Below are positions 26,539-36,277 of a stretch of 64,000 nucleotides of DNA, one piece after another. Source of the DNA: Gammaproteobacteria bacterium (lineage in GTDB: Bacteria; Pseudomonadota; Gammaproteobacteria; GCA-001735895); contig JASFKL010000001.1 in assembly GCA_050118655.1 (NCBI GenBank), positions 186 to 64,185 on the forward strand. Reading direction: 5' to 3'. Below the pieces are notes generated by a model, which saw only the letters and a list, made by a program, of their open reading frames with translations, searched no databases and was not told the origin of the DNA. Positions within the stretch are counted from its first letter, which is position 1. Each line of letters starts with the position of its first letter. A program made the position numbers and the translations under genes.

Positions 26539-27924
26539 CTACTTTCGTCTCCAGCGGGTGCCCTCGGGGCCGTCTTCGATCTCGATGCCGGCGGCGGACA
26601 ACCGGTCGCGTATACGGTCGGCCTCGGCCCAGTTCTTTTGCCCGCGCGCCTGCAGGCGTTCCTCTACCAGCGCCTCGATTTCGGCATCGTCGAGACCGCT
26701 CTCCCGGCCCGCCCGGGATTTCAGAAATGCCTCCGGATCGTCCTGCAACAGTCCGATCACGCCGCCGAGGTAACGCAACAGGCTGGCGAGTTCGTGAACC
26801 CGCTCGTCGCCGGCGCGCTTCGCGCGGTTGATATCGCGCACCAGGTCGAACAGCACGGCTACGGCGCCCGCGGTATTGAAATCGTCGCAAAGCGCCGCAT
26901 CGAAACGCTGTTGATATTCGCTCTCGGCCGCTATCTCTGCGCTGCGCGTATCCAGCAACGCCGCGTACAGGCGCTGCAGGGCGGCGCGCGCATGGTCCAG
27001 CTGCTCCTCGGAATAGTTCAGCTGGCTGCGGTAGTGGCTGCTGACGATGAAGTAGCGAATTTCTTCGGCGCGATAACTCTCGAGTACGTCTCGCAGGACG
27101 AAAAAATTACCCAGCGACTTGGACATTTTCTCTTCGTTGACGCGCACGAAGCCATTGTGCATCCAGTAATTGACGAACTTTTCGCCGCTGCAGGCCTCGC
27201 TCTGGGCGATTTCGTTTTCGTGATGGGGAAATTGCAGGTCCTGGCCGCCGCCGTGGATATCGAAGTGATTACCGAGCAGGCTGGTCGACATCGCCGAACA
27301 CTCGATATGCCATCCCGGCCGGCCCGGCCCGTAACGCGAAGGCCAGCTCGGTTCGCCCGGCTTGGCGGCCTTCCAGAGCACGAAGTCGAGCGGATCCCGC
27401 TTGCCGGGATCGACCTCGACTCGCTCGCCGGCGCGCAACTCGTCGAGCTTCTTGCCCGACAGGCGGCCGTACTCGGCAAATTTCGAGACCGAGAAATAAA
27501 CGTCGCCATTGTCCGCCAGGTAAGCGTAGCCGCCTCGCTCGAGCTCCTCGATCATCCCGAGGATCGGTGTAATGGTCTCGGTGGCGCGCGGCTCGCGGTC
27601 GGGGCGCAGGACTCCGAGTGCGTCCGCGTCCTGGTGCATGGCCTCGATGAAGCGCCCGGTCAGGCTGTCGACTGCCTCGCCGTTCTCGCGCGCCCGGTTG
27701 ATGATCTTGTCGTCGATATCGGTAATGTTTCTGACGTAGGTCACGTCGTAACCCAGGTGCTTCAGAAACCGGTAAACGACATCGAACACTACCAGTACGC
27801 GGGCATGACCGATATGGCAATAGTCGTAAACCGTCATCCCGCAGACGTACATCCTGACCTTGCCGGGCTCGATCGGTTCGAAGGCTTCCTTTTGCCTCGT
27901 CAGGCTGTTGTAGATGGTCAGCAT
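26539..27924 (-). CDS. cysS: Cysteine--tRNA ligase
   Basis: [18 protein letters not shown] (HIGH motif) and KMSKSLGN (KMSKS motif); full length. Confidence 0.97.
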   Translation of the reverse strand: MLTIYNSLTRQKEAFEPIEPGKVRMYVCGMTVYDYCHIGHARVLVVFDVVYRFLKHLGYDVTYVRNITDIDDKIINRARENGEAVDSLTGRFIEAMHQDADALGVLRPDREPRATETITPILGMIEELERGGYAYLADNGDVYFSVSKFAEYGRLSGKKLDELRAGERVEVDPGKRDPLDFVLWKAAKPGEPSWPSRYGPGRPGWHIECSAMSTSLLGNHFDIHGGGQDLQFPHHENEIAQSEACSGEKFVNYWMHNGFVRVNEEKMSKSLGNFFVLRDVLESYRAEEIRYFIVSSHYRSQLNYSEEQLDHARAALQRLYAALLDTRSAEIAAESEYQQRFDAALCDDFNTAGAVAVLFDLVRDINRAKRAGDERVHELASLLRYLGGVIGLLQDDPEAFLKSRAGRESGLDDAEIEALVEERLQARGQKNWAEADRIRDRLSAAGIEIEDGPEGTRWRRK

Positions 27925-28081
27925 ATGTCGGTATCACGAGGGCCGCGTAAAAAAGGTGGATTCTAAAAGATGCACTCTGCGAGCGAAACTGTTTATTGCC
28001 GTCGACCGGCGCCTACCCCTCTCCCCTGCTTTCATCCGGGCCGCGAAATCAGTAGAATTCGCAGCCTTGGAAATTGGTGGA

Positions 28082-28696
28082 ATGCTGATGAAAAAAATAC
28101 TGCTCCCGATCGCGGTGGTACTTGCAGCTATTCTGTCGCTGATCCTTTATCCCAACTTCAAAGGTGAAAAATCAATGAATCAGACCCCTGCAGGCAATCC
28201 GACCGTGCTGATCGAAACCACCATGGGCAACATCACCGTCGAACTCGATATGCAAAACGCCCCCAATACCGGCGAGAACTTTCTCGCCTATGTCGACGAC
28301 GGTTATTTCGTCGGCACCACTTTTCACCGCGTGATCCCCAATTTCATGATCCAGGGCGGCGGCCTTACCGCGGACATGCAGGACAAGCCCAGCGGACGTG
28401 CACCGATCCAGAACGAGGCCAACAACGGTCTCGAGAACGACCGCGGCACGCTGGCGATGGCGCGTACCGGCGACCCCCACTCGGCGACCTCGCAATTTTT
28501 CATCAATCTCAAGGATAACGATTTCCTCAATTTCACCGCTGAAACCGTGCAGGGCTGGGGATATGCCGTATTCGCCAGGGTGATCGACGGCATGGACGTG
28601 GTCGACGCGATTGCGCAGGTGCCGACCGGCAACAAGGGCGGCCATCAGAACGTGCCGCTGGAACCGATCACGATCACCGCGGTCAGCCGGCAGTAA
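28082..28696 (+). CDS. Cyclophilin-type peptidyl-prolyl cis-trans isomerase
   Basis: [14 protein letters not shown]...GTLAMAR...SQFFIN...[16 protein letters not shown]. The start is ambiguous. ATG at 28082 or 28088 gives a hydrophobic N-terminal signal or anchor ([19 protein letters not shown]). ATG at 28175, with SD AAGGTG, gives a cytoplasmic PpiB-like form. Confidence 0.88.
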   Translation: MLMKKILLPIAVVLAAILSLILYPNFKGEKSMNQTPAGNPTVLIETTMGNITVELDMQNAPNTGENFLAYVDDGYFVGTTFHRVIPNFMIQGGGLTADMQDKPSGRAPIQNEANNGLENDRGTLAMARTGDPHSATSQFFINLKDNDFLNFTAETVQGWGYAVFARVIDGMDVVDAIAQVPTGNKGGHQNVPLEPITITAVSRQ

Positions 28697-28711
28697 CCCG
28701 GACCGTCTTGG

Positions 28712-29431
28712 ATGACGGGCGAAACGCTTTTCATCTCGGATTGCCACCTCGACAGCGGGCGGCCGGATATCACGCAGGCGCTGAGCGAATTTCTCGGCCG
28801 GCGAGCCGCGCGGGCTGATTGTCTCTACATTCTCGGCGACCTGTTCGAGGTCTGGCTCGGAGACGACGACCCGCTAGAGGCGCAGCAACCCGTGGTCGAC
28901 GCACTGCGAAGCCTGGCAAAACGCATCCCGGTTTATTTCATCGCCGGCAACCGGGATTTTCTGCTCGGCAGCGAGTTCGCCGGGAGCGTCGGCCTGCAAC
29001 TGCTCGACGAACCCCGGGTGCTGCAGCTTGACCGCCATCGCGTGCTGTTGATCCACGGCGATACGCTGTGCACGGACGATCACGATTACCAGCGGTTTCG
29101 CGCCCTGGTCCGGTCACCCGAATGGCAGGCCGAATTTCTCGCCCGACCGCTTGCCGAACGCCGGCAGATCGCCGCGCAATTGCGTAGCGAGAGCGCCGGC
29201 GCGATGGCGCAAAAGGCCGCCGAAATCATGGATGTAAACCTGCAGGCCGTCGAATCCTGCTTCCGGGAAAACGGGGTCGATACGATCATCCACGGGCACA
29301 CGCACCGGCCGGCCGTGCACCGCTATCCCGGTGACCTGACCCGTTATGTTCTCGGCGACTGGAATCCGGGACCGAGCTTTCTCTGCTGGCACCCCGATAG
29401 AGGTTTCGACCTGCGGGATCCGCGCGTCTAG
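28712..29431 (+). CDS. lpxH: UDP-2,3-diacylglucosamine diphosphatase
   Basis: LFISDCHLD...LYILGDLFEVWLGDDD...GNRDFL...LIHGD...HGHTHRP are the calcineurin-like metallophosphoesterase motifs. The cysS-ppi-lpxH synteny is kept. Confidence 0.9.
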   Translation: MTGETLFISDCHLDSGRPDITQALSEFLGRRAARADCLYILGDLFEVWLGDDDPLEAQQPVVDALRSLAKRIPVYFIAGNRDFLLGSEFAGSVGLQLLDEPRVLQLDRHRVLLIHGDTLCTDDHDYQRFRALVRSPEWQAEFLARPLAERRQIAAQLRSESAGAMAQKAAEIMDVNLQAVESCFRENGVDTIIHGHTHRPAVHRYPGDLTRYVLGDWNPGPSFLCWHPDRGFDLRDPRV

Positions 29432-29446
29432 TTTCGCGCCGCGGAA

Positions 29447-30295
29447 TTATCCGGCCCCGTGCCGTTGGCGTTGATTACCGGATCGGGTCGCCGATTTCCG
29501 CCCGCGCCGTTCGAGAGCCTCTAGCTCGGCGCTCTCGAAGCCGGCCTCGATGCGCGCGCTCCAGTTGAAGGGCCCGCGCAGGCCTTCCCCCAGGTATTCG
29601 TCGATCAGGGTTTTGAAGGTCGACATCGGTTCCAGGCCCTGCTGCCGGCATAACTCGCGGTACCAGTAATTGCCGATACGAACGTGCCCGATCTCGTCGC
29701 GGTAAATAACTTCGAGTATCTCCGCGGCCGCCGGATCGCCGAATTGACGAAAGCGCTCGACCATGCCGGGAGTGACATCGAGGCCGCGCGCTTCCATCAC
29801 CCGGGGCACCAGCGCGATGCGATGCAACAGGTTGTCGCGGGTCTTGCAGACCATGTCCCAGAGGCCGCCGTGAGCCGAGAGGGCCCCGTAAAAACTGCCG
29901 CGTCGCCGCAGCTCGGTCTCGAGCATCGCGTAATGCTCCGCTTCCTCGGCGGCCACGCCGAGCCAGTCGCCGATATAGCTTTCCGGCACCTCGCGAAATC
30001 GATATACCGCATCCAGGGCGATGTTGACGGCGTTGAATTCGATGTGCGCGAAGGCATGCAACAGACGCAGGCGCCCCTCCTCGCTGGAAAAACTTCGCCG
30101 CGGCAGGTTTCGCGGATCGACCAGTCGCGGCAGCGGCGGCCTGCCCGGATCGTCGATGGGCAGGATCGGCGATACCGCATCGCGCGCCAGCACGCCCTGC
30201 CGCCAGTCCCGCAACAATCGCCGGGTCTGCTCGCACTTGGCCCGCGCATCGCGCTCGAGAATCGCGGCCTCGGCCCGCCGGTAGAGTTCAGGCAT
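29447..30295 (-). CDS. Ferritin-like DUF455 family protein
   Basis: LLHAFAHIEFNAVNIALD...EEAEHYAML...EARGLD...DEIGHVRIGNYWY contains paired E-x-x-H-like metal motifs. The start was moved to the ATG at 30295, overlapping the metZ stop by 8 nt. Confidence 0.7.
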   Translation of the reverse strand: MPELYRRAEAAILERDARAKCEQTRRLLRDWRQGVLARDAVSPILPIDDPGRPPLPRLVDPRNLPRRSFSSEEGRLRLLHAFAHIEFNAVNIALDAVYRFREVPESYIGDWLGVAAEEAEHYAMLETELRRRGSFYGALSAHGGLWDMVCKTRDNLLHRIALVPRVMEARGLDVTPGMVERFRQFGDPAAAEILEVIYRDEIGHVRIGNYWYRELCRQQGLEPMSTFKTLIDEYLGEGLRGPFNWSARIEAGFESAELEALERRGRKSATRSGNQRQRHGAG

Positions 30296-31466
30296 CCAGA
30301 CCGCGCGACAGATCGGTAAAAATATCCTCCAGGTTTTCGAGACCCACCGCGACGCGAACCAGTCCCTCGACGATTCCGGCGCGCGCCTTGAGTTCGTCGC
30401 TGACACGGCCGTGGGTGGTCGTGGCGGGATGCGTGATCGTGGTTTTGACATCGCCGAGATTGGCGGTAATCGACAACAAGCGCGTCTCGTCGATGACTCG
30501 CCAGGCCGCCTCGCGGCCGCCCTTGACCACGAAAGAGACCACGCCGCCGAACCCCTGTTGCTGGCGAAGGGCGAGATCGTGCTGGGGATGGGATACGAGA
30601 CCCGGGTGGTAGACCCGCTCGATCGCGGGGTGCTGGCTGAGAAAATCCGCCAGCGACTGCGCCTGCCGGGAAATCGCCTGCATCCGCAGGTTCAGCGTCT
30701 CCAGGCCCTTCAACGCGACCCAGGCATTGAAAGGGCTCAGGCTCGGCCCGGTGGTGCGCAGCACGCCGAAGATCTCCTCGCCGACCAGCTGCCCGGGACC
30801 GACCACGGCGCCGCCGACGATGCGCCCCTGGCCGTCCAGATACTTGGTGGCAGAATGCACCACCAGATCGGCGCCGAAGTTCAGCGGGCGTTGCAACGCC
30901 GGCGTACAGAAACAGTTGTCGACCACCAGCAGGCAGCCGTGCGCATGCGCCAGTTCCGCCAGGCCGGCGATATCGGCGATTTCCATCAACGGATTGGACG
31001 GGGTTTCCAGAAACAACAGCCGCGTATTGGCGCGGATGGCGCGTTCCCAGTCCGCGAGATCGGTCATCGCGACGAAGCTGGTTTCGATACCGTAGCGCGG
31101 CAGGTATTTCTCGAACAGCGTGGTCGTGGTACCGAATATCGACTGCGAACTGACGATGTGGTCGCCCGATTTCAATAGCGCCAGGCAAATGCTGGTAATC
31201 GCGGCCATGCCCGAGGCGGTCGCGACGCAGGCCTCGCCGCCTTCGAGCGCGGCCAGACGTTGCTCGAATGCCCGCGTGGTGGGATTGCTGAACCGGGAGT
31301 AAATGTTGCCGGGATCTTCGCCGGCGAAGCGCGCGGCCGCCTGGGCCGCATTTTCGAACACGAAGCTCGAGGTCGCGAAAATCGCCTCGCTGTGCTCGAG
31401 TTCTGCAGTACGTTGCTGACCGCTCCTGACCGCGAGCGTGTCAAATCCTAGATTGTCGTTGTTCAC
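30288..31466 (-). CDS. metZ: O-succinylhomoserine sulfhydrylase
   Basis: FDTLAVRSGQQRT...SRFSNPT...ATASGMAAI...HSATKYLDGQGR is a Cys/Met-metabolism PLP enzyme match. It sits next to purF as in pseudomonads. GTG start at 31466 with RBS GGAGA. Confidence 0.9.
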   Translation of the reverse strand: MNNDNLGFDTLAVRSGQQRTAELEHSEAIFATSSFVFENAAQAAARFAGEDPGNIYSRFSNPTTRAFEQRLAALEGGEACVATASGMAAITSICLALLKSGDHIVSSQSIFGTTTTLFEKYLPRYGIETSFVAMTDLADWERAIRANTRLLFLETPSNPLMEIADIAGLAELAHAHGCLLVVDNCFCTPALQRPLNFGADLVVHSATKYLDGQGRIVGGAVVGPGQLVGEEIFGVLRTTGPSLSPFNAWVALKGLETLNLRMQAISRQAQSLADFLSQHPAIERVYHPGLVSHPQHDLALRQQQGFGGVVSFVVKGGREAAWRVIDETRLLSITANLGDVKTTITHPATTTHGRVSDELKARAGIVEGLVRVAVGLENLEDIFTDLSRGLDA

Positions 31467-31610
31467 GGAGTTTCTCCATAATAGAAAAAACTCGGGAGGG
31501 AATGGGCACGGAAGGACTTCGGAACCACCCTCTTTAGCAAATTTGTTTTCGGATCCGTCCCCGGACCCTGGGCGCCTGCAAGCCGAGTAACAAATCGGCG
31601 CCGATCGCAG

Positions 31611-31639
31611 AAGATATTACCTCGCCCTAACCATGTCAA
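31611..31639 (-). promoter_or_regulatory. Candidate sigma70 promoter for metZ
   Basis: Minus strand reads TTGACA-17 nt-TATCTT, about 140 nt upstream of the metZ start. Confidence 0.4.
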
Positions 31640-31707
31640 GCATCTCCGGGACGGTTTGTGCCGGATCCGGATCGGCGACCGCTTCCGGCGTTGCCGGGCG
31701 CGGGGCT

Positions 31708-32247
31708 CTAGCGGATCAGCACCAGGTCGTCGACCAGGACCTCGTCGAACAATTCGATCACCTCGTCGTTGGTCATGCGGATACAGCCGGCCGACACCGG
31801 CTGGCCGATGCGTTTCTCGTCGCTGGTGCCGTGTATGTAGATGTAACGCGAATAGGTGTCGTTATCGCCGCCGCGATTGACGCCCTCCTCGAGGCCGTCG
31901 AGCCACAGGATCCGCGAGGTGATTTCATCCTTTTCGCGGTTATCCAGGTTGCCGGCTATCCTGCCGGTGGGTTCGCGCGCCTCGAACACCATGCCCCGCG
32001 GTTGCCCGCCGCCGATTTTCTGCCGGATGCGGTGAATACCGAAGGGCGTGCGGAAGGAATCGCTGCGATTGCCGATGCCGTTAGCGGCAGTCGAAATCGT
32101 ATAGCTGCGGTTGTTTTCTTCGTCGGTATCCAGCCAGTGCAAACGTTGCGCGGCGGAATCGACGTAAATGATCGGCCGCTGGTCGGCGAGCGCCGGGTTG
32201 CCGTGCAGCCTGGGCGCGATTTCCCGATTGATATCCTGCCAGCGCAT
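31708..32247 (-). CDS. YkuD-fold L,D-transpeptidase catalytic-domain protein (no obvious signal peptide)
   Basis: The catalytic motif is YIYIHGTSDEKRIGQPVSAGCIRMTNDEV. The ATG at 32247 shares one nucleotide with the purF stop (TGATG). Confidence 0.8.
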   Translation of the reverse strand: MRWQDINREIAPRLHGNPALADQRPIIYVDSAAQRLHWLDTDEENNRSYTISTAANGIGNRSDSFRTPFGIHRIRQKIGGGQPRGMVFEAREPTGRIAGNLDNREKDEITSRILWLDGLEEGVNRGGDNDTYSRYIYIHGTSDEKRIGQPVSAGCIRMTNDEVIELFDEVLVDDLVLIR

Positions 32248-33764
32248 CAGGCGTTGTTGTGCAGTTCCATCCCGATCACGGTAACCTGCTCCTCGCCGTT
32301 ATCCTTCGCCGAGTCGCTTCTCAAGTGACTGATTTTATTAAGGTATTCGTCATCGACGGTCTTCGTGACATACTTGCCGTCGAAGCAGGAGCAATCGAAT
32401 TTCTTGATCTGCCGGTTGCCCTTTTGCACCGCGTCGACGAGGTCTTCGAGGTCCTGGTAAATCAGCCAGTCCGCGCCGATGTACTCGGCGATCTCCGCCT
32501 CGCTGCGGTCGTGGGCGACCAGTTCGTCGGCCGCGGGCATGTCGATCCCGTAGACGTTCGGATAGCGCACCGGCGGCGCCGCCGAGGCGATGTAAACTTT
32601 CCTGGCGCCGGCCTCGCGGGCCATCTGGATGATTTGCTGCGAGGTGGTGCCGCGAACGATGGAATCGTCGACCAGCAGCACGTTCTTGCCCTTGAACTCG
32701 ATATCGATCGGGTTCAGTTTCCGCCGTACCGATTTCTTGCGCATGGTCTGGCCCGGCATGATGAAGGTGCGGCCTATATAACGGTTCTTGATGAACCCCT
32801 CGCGAAACTTGACGCCGAGATGAAACGCGAGTTCCATCGCCGCGGGGCGGCTGGTGTCGGGGATCGGAATCACCACGTCGATATCGTGATCCGGCCTTTG
32901 CCGCTGTATCTTGCGCGCCAGCTTGACGCCCATGCGAAGGCGGGCCTTGTAAACATAAATATCGTCGATGATCGAATCGGGGCGCGCGAGGTAGACATAC
33001 TCGAAGATACACGGCCTGAGCTTCGGATTCGCGGCGCACTGGCGACGGTGGACGTTGCCGGAGCTATCGATGTAAACCGCCTCGCCGGGCTGCAGGTCGC
33101 CGATCAGTTCGAAGCCGGAGGCCTGCAGGGCCACGCTCTCGGAAGCGATCATGTATTCCGGGCCATCGCTGGAATCGCGCTTGCCGTAGACCACGGGACG
33201 AATGCCGTGGGGGTCGCGGAAACCCAGTATGCCCTTGCCGGTCAGCATCAGGACGACGGCGTAGGCGCCCTCGATCCGTTTGTGGGTCTCGGTCACGGCG
33301 GTGAAAATTTCGTCGGGAGTCAACTTCAGGCTGCCGCAGCGCTGCAGCTCGTGGGCGAAAACGTTGAGCAATACCTCGGAATCGGACTCGGTATTGATGT
33401 GGCGCAGATCCGACTGATAAAGCTCCGCCTTGAGTTGCTCCATGTTGGTCAGGTTACCGTTGTGGGCCAGGCTGATGCCGTATGGCGAATTGACGTAGAA
33501 CGGCTGCGCCTCGGCTGACGACGAACAGCCGGCGGTCGGGTAGCGGACGTGTCCGATACCCATATTACCGGTCAGCTTGAGCATGTGGCGGGTGTGGAAC
33601 ACGTCGCTGACCTGGCCGTTATCCTTGCGCAGATTCAGCTTCTTGTTCTGGTCGCAGACCACGATTCCGGCCGAATCCTGTCCGCGGTGCTGCAAAACCA
33701 GCAAGGCATCGTAGATTGTCTGCGCCACTTCCTGATAGCTGACGATTCCGACTATTCCACACAT
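32247..33764 (-). CDS. purF: Amidophosphoribosyltransferase
   Basis: MCGIVGIV provides the N-terminal nucleophile Cys; the PRTase motif is [13 protein letters not shown]. Confidence 0.97.
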   Translation of the reverse strand: MCGIVGIVSYQEVAQTIYDALLVLQHRGQDSAGIVVCDQNKKLNLRKDNGQVSDVFHTRHMLKLTGNMGIGHVRYPTAGCSSSAEAQPFYVNSPYGISLAHNGNLTNMEQLKAELYQSDLRHINTESDSEVLLNVFAHELQRCGSLKLTPDEIFTAVTETHKRIEGAYAVVLMLTGKGILGFRDPHGIRPVVYGKRDSSDGPEYMIASESVALQASGFELIGDLQPGEAVYIDSSGNVHRRQCAANPKLRPCIFEYVYLARPDSIIDDIYVYKARLRMGVKLARKIQRQRPDHDIDVVIPIPDTSRPAAMELAFHLGVKFREGFIKNRYIGRTFIMPGQTMRKKSVRRKLNPIDIEFKGKNVLLVDDSIVRGTTSQQIIQMAREAGARKVYIASAAPPVRYPNVYGIDMPAADELVAHDRSEAEIAEYIGADWLIYQDLEDLVDAVQKGNRQIKKFDCSCFDGKYVTKTVDDEYLNKISHLRSDSAKDNGEEQVTVIGMELHNNA

Positions 33765-33790
33765 ATTGCTCTACCTGGGTTGTAACCCGT

Positions 33791-34279
33791 TCAGAATTTG
33801 AAGCTGTCCGCGGCGGTGTCGGGAATGATTCCCTTGAGCCACCCCGCCAGTTGCTGGAAAAATCCGATCATCGCCGAATCCTGCCACCAGGACGCCTCGG
33901 GCATCGGCGTCAGGCTGGCCAGCAATACGATCATGGTGACGATCAGTACGCCGCGGGCAGCGCCGAAAATGACGCCGAGCGCCTTGTCGGTGCCGCTGAG
34001 GCCGGTTCGATTTACCAGCTGATTCATAATAAAGTTGATGATAGCGCCGATTACAAGGGTGCTGATGAATAAAACCGCGAACGCGGTGATATTACGGATC
34101 GTCGGCGCACCGACGTAAGGTTCGAGTATTTCCGCCAGCGGGGCGAAGTATCGAAACGCGAGGATGCCCGCGACGATCCAGGTAATCAGCGAAATCGTCT
34201 CCTTGACGAAACCGCGAATGACACTGATCAGCGCGGACAGCACGATGATCACGATGATGACGACGTCCAGCCAGCTCAT
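33791..34279 (-). CDS. cvpA: Colicin V production protein CvpA (membrane)
   Basis: MSWLDVVIIVIIVLSALISVIRGFVKE plus further TM helices, and the cvpA-purF synteny. The start was moved to the ATG at 34279. Confidence 0.85.
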   Translation of the reverse strand: MSWLDVVIIVIIVLSALISVIRGFVKETISLITWIVAGILAFRYFAPLAEILEPYVGAPTIRNITAFAVLFISTLVIGAIINFIMNQLVNRTGLSGTDKALGVIFGAARGVLIVTMIVLLASLTPMPEASWWQDSAMIGFFQQLAGWLKGIIPDTAADSFKF

Positions 34280-34366
34280 CCGCCTGCTCTCGCCGCAAGC
34301 CGTATCGGGGGCCGAGTCCCGGGGCAACAGTCGCTCAAGGCTTTCCTCCGGACAAAGAAGCGCAGA

Positions 34367-34972
34367 TTATCTTTCATACTTCATAATAATGCCATCGATG
34401 TCGTGCTTGGCCTTGATCTTGTTTTGCGCCACCCGGGTCTGTTCGCGGTTCAGGAAAGGCCCGAGCCGGACCCGATAACTATCCTTGCCCTGGTACTCGA
34501 ATCGCTCGATGAATACCGCGGCGATATTGGACTTGCGCAGTTTGTCGCGCTGCTTGAGCGCCTTGTCGCGATCCTGAAAGCTGCCGACCTGCAATACCCA
34601 GCTCTCGCCGCCGGTCCTGGTGGCGGGCTCGGGCTCGGGCTCGGCTGAGGTCTGGTTCCCGGATGCGGACGTCGCCTTCGCCGTCCGGGCAGGCTCCTCG
34701 GCGGCCCCGGTCCCCGTCTGATCGGCCTGGGGGTCGGAACTCTCGTCGACGAAGCGTGACTCGAGCTCGGGCACATCGTCGACTTTCGACTGCAATTCGA
34801 CGATTTTCGGCTCGAATTCGGGATTGGCGGTAACCAGCGGTTGCGGCGGGATCACCACCTCGTCCTTGTTTTTGCGCATCCCCGAACCGTCGAGGATCAT
34901 CGGCAGGAAGATGACCGCAAGCGCGAAAATAACGATCACGCCAACCAGGCGATTTTTAATATTCGGGTCCAT
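34367..34972 (-). CDS. dedD: SPOR-domain cell-division protein (DedD-like)
   Basis: N-terminal anchor NRLVGVIVIFALAVIFLPMIL and C-terminal SPOR region WVLQVGSFQDRDKALKQRDKLR...YRVRLGPF. Its first 17 nt overlap the 3' end of folC. Confidence 0.75.
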   Translation of the reverse strand: MDPNIKNRLVGVIVIFALAVIFLPMILDGSGMRKNKDEVVIPPQPLVTANPEFEPKIVELQSKVDDVPELESRFVDESSDPQADQTGTGAAEEPARTAKATSASGNQTSAEPEPEPATRTGGESWVLQVGSFQDRDKALKQRDKLRKSNIAAVFIERFEYQGKDSYRVRLGPFLNREQTRVAQNKIKAKHDIDGIIMKYER

Positions 34973-36254
34973 ATTGGTTCAATTCACGGGAATCGGGTAA
35001 CGCACGCAGGAGCAGTTCGACAGTAACGAAGGAGCCGGTGGCCAGCATTATATCCTTATTGCCCAAAGATGACAGTGCATGAGCCAGCGCGGCGGCCGGA
35101 TTTTCGAATTGCGCCTCGATTTCGGCCGCCGAACCGATTCTTTCCCGCAACCGATCGGCATCGAGGCCGCGGTCGCAGTCCAGCGAGGTCAACCACCAGG
35201 CGTCGACTGTCGGCGCCAGCGCAGCGACGAATTCCCGCGGCAGCTTGTCTTCGAGCATGCCGAGCAGCACCACGATGCGGCCCTGCTCCGGCCTGATTCG
35301 CTCCAGGCTGGCGGCCAGAACCCGGGCGGCGTCGGGGTTGTGTCCGACGTCCAGATACAGGCTGCCGGCGAGCGGACTGCGCACGGACTCGAATCGGCCG
35401 GCCACCCGCATACCTCGAAAATACGCGTTTATCTGCTCGGGCCGATAATCGTCGAGCGACAGGATCTGCGACAACCCGGCGATCACGCCGGCCAGGTTGA
35501 GTTCCTGGTGGGCCCCGGGCAGCACGCAATCGATCTCGATTTCGCACTCGGCGGACTGCCAGCGGAATCGCCCGTCAGTTCCCGGCAAGACCCGGTAATC
35601 CCGGCCCAGCTGCAGGCAGTCGCACCCGCGCCGCTCGATTTCGTCGAGTACGGATTGCGGCGGGTCCGGATCGTTCAATACGACCTTGATACCGTCGCGC
35701 AGCACGCCGGCTTTCTCGAATCCGATTTGCTCCCGCCCCTCGCCGAGCCAGGCCTGGTGATCGATGCCTATCGGCGTCAGGTGAACGAGATCGGCATCGA
35801 TGATATTGACCGCGTCCAGCCGGCCGCCGAGGCCGACCTCCAGCAGTGCGTAGTCGGGCTGCCATTGCTGGAACAGGTAAAGCGCCGCCAGGGTGCCGAA
35901 TTCGAAATAAGTCAGCGTGGTCCCGCCGCGGGCCTCCTCGACTGCGGCGAAAGCCGCGCAAAGCTCGCTATCTCCGACCGCTTCGAGATTGCGCTTGATA
36001 CGCTCGTTATAACGCAACAGGTGCGGCGAGGTATAGCTCGCGACTTCGAAACCGGCCTGCCGCAGCCAGGTTTCGTAAGCGGCAACCGTGGATCCCTTGC
36101 CGTTGGTGCCCGCAACCGTAATTACGTTGCGCGCAATCCGCTCCAGGCCGAGTCGATCGCCGACCCGCCGCACGCGATCGAGCCCCAGGTCGATGGCTTT
36201 GCCGTGCAACTGCATTTGCCATTCGAGCCACTGGTCGAGAGTATCGAAACGCAT
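34956..36254 (-). CDS. folC: Bifunctional folylpolyglutamate synthase / dihydrofolate synthase
   Basis: VITVAGTNGKGST plus the Mur-ligase-like body. The start was moved to the ATG at 36254 (MRFDTLDQWL); the track's 136-aa extension overlaps accD. Confidence 0.9.
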   Translation of the reverse strand: MRFDTLDQWLEWQMQLHGKAIDLGLDRVRRVGDRLGLERIARNVITVAGTNGKGSTVAAYETWLRQAGFEVASYTSPHLLRYNERIKRNLEAVGDSELCAAFAAVEEARGGTTLTYFEFGTLAALYLFQQWQPDYALLEVGLGGRLDAVNIIDADLVHLTPIGIDHQAWLGEGREQIGFEKAGVLRDGIKVVLNDPDPPQSVLDEIERRGCDCLQLGRDYRVLPGTDGRFRWQSAECEIEIDCVLPGAHQELNLAGVIAGLSQILSLDDYRPEQINAYFRGMRVAGRFESVRSPLAGSLYLDVGHNPDAARVLAASLERIRPEQGRIVVLLGMLEDKLPREFVAALAPTVDAWWLTSLDCDRGLDADRLRERIGSAAEIEAQFENPAAALAHALSSLGNKDIMLATGSFVTVELLLRALPDSRELNQYGPEY

Positions 36255-36277
36255 CGGCGAGGCCGGAAAACCGGATC

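Noticed and set aside
18800-26540. tRNA clusters as integration sites for a genomic island or prophage
   Set aside because: No integrase, partial tRNA duplication (att-like direct repeat) or phage gene is present near either tRNA cluster. The neighbours are ppiD, hupB, tig and cysS.
26443-27966. 507-aa plus-strand ORF over cysS, and 50378..51601 / 53087..54256 style antisense ORFs elsewhere
   Set aside because: The reasoning is the same. In each case the opposite strand has motif-level support (HIGH/KMSKS for cysS).
29797-31188. 463-aa alternative-frame minus-strand ORF spanning the DUF455/metZ junction
   Set aside because: It is an Arg/Pro/Gly-rich out-of-frame translation of two real genes, with no start context and no motif.
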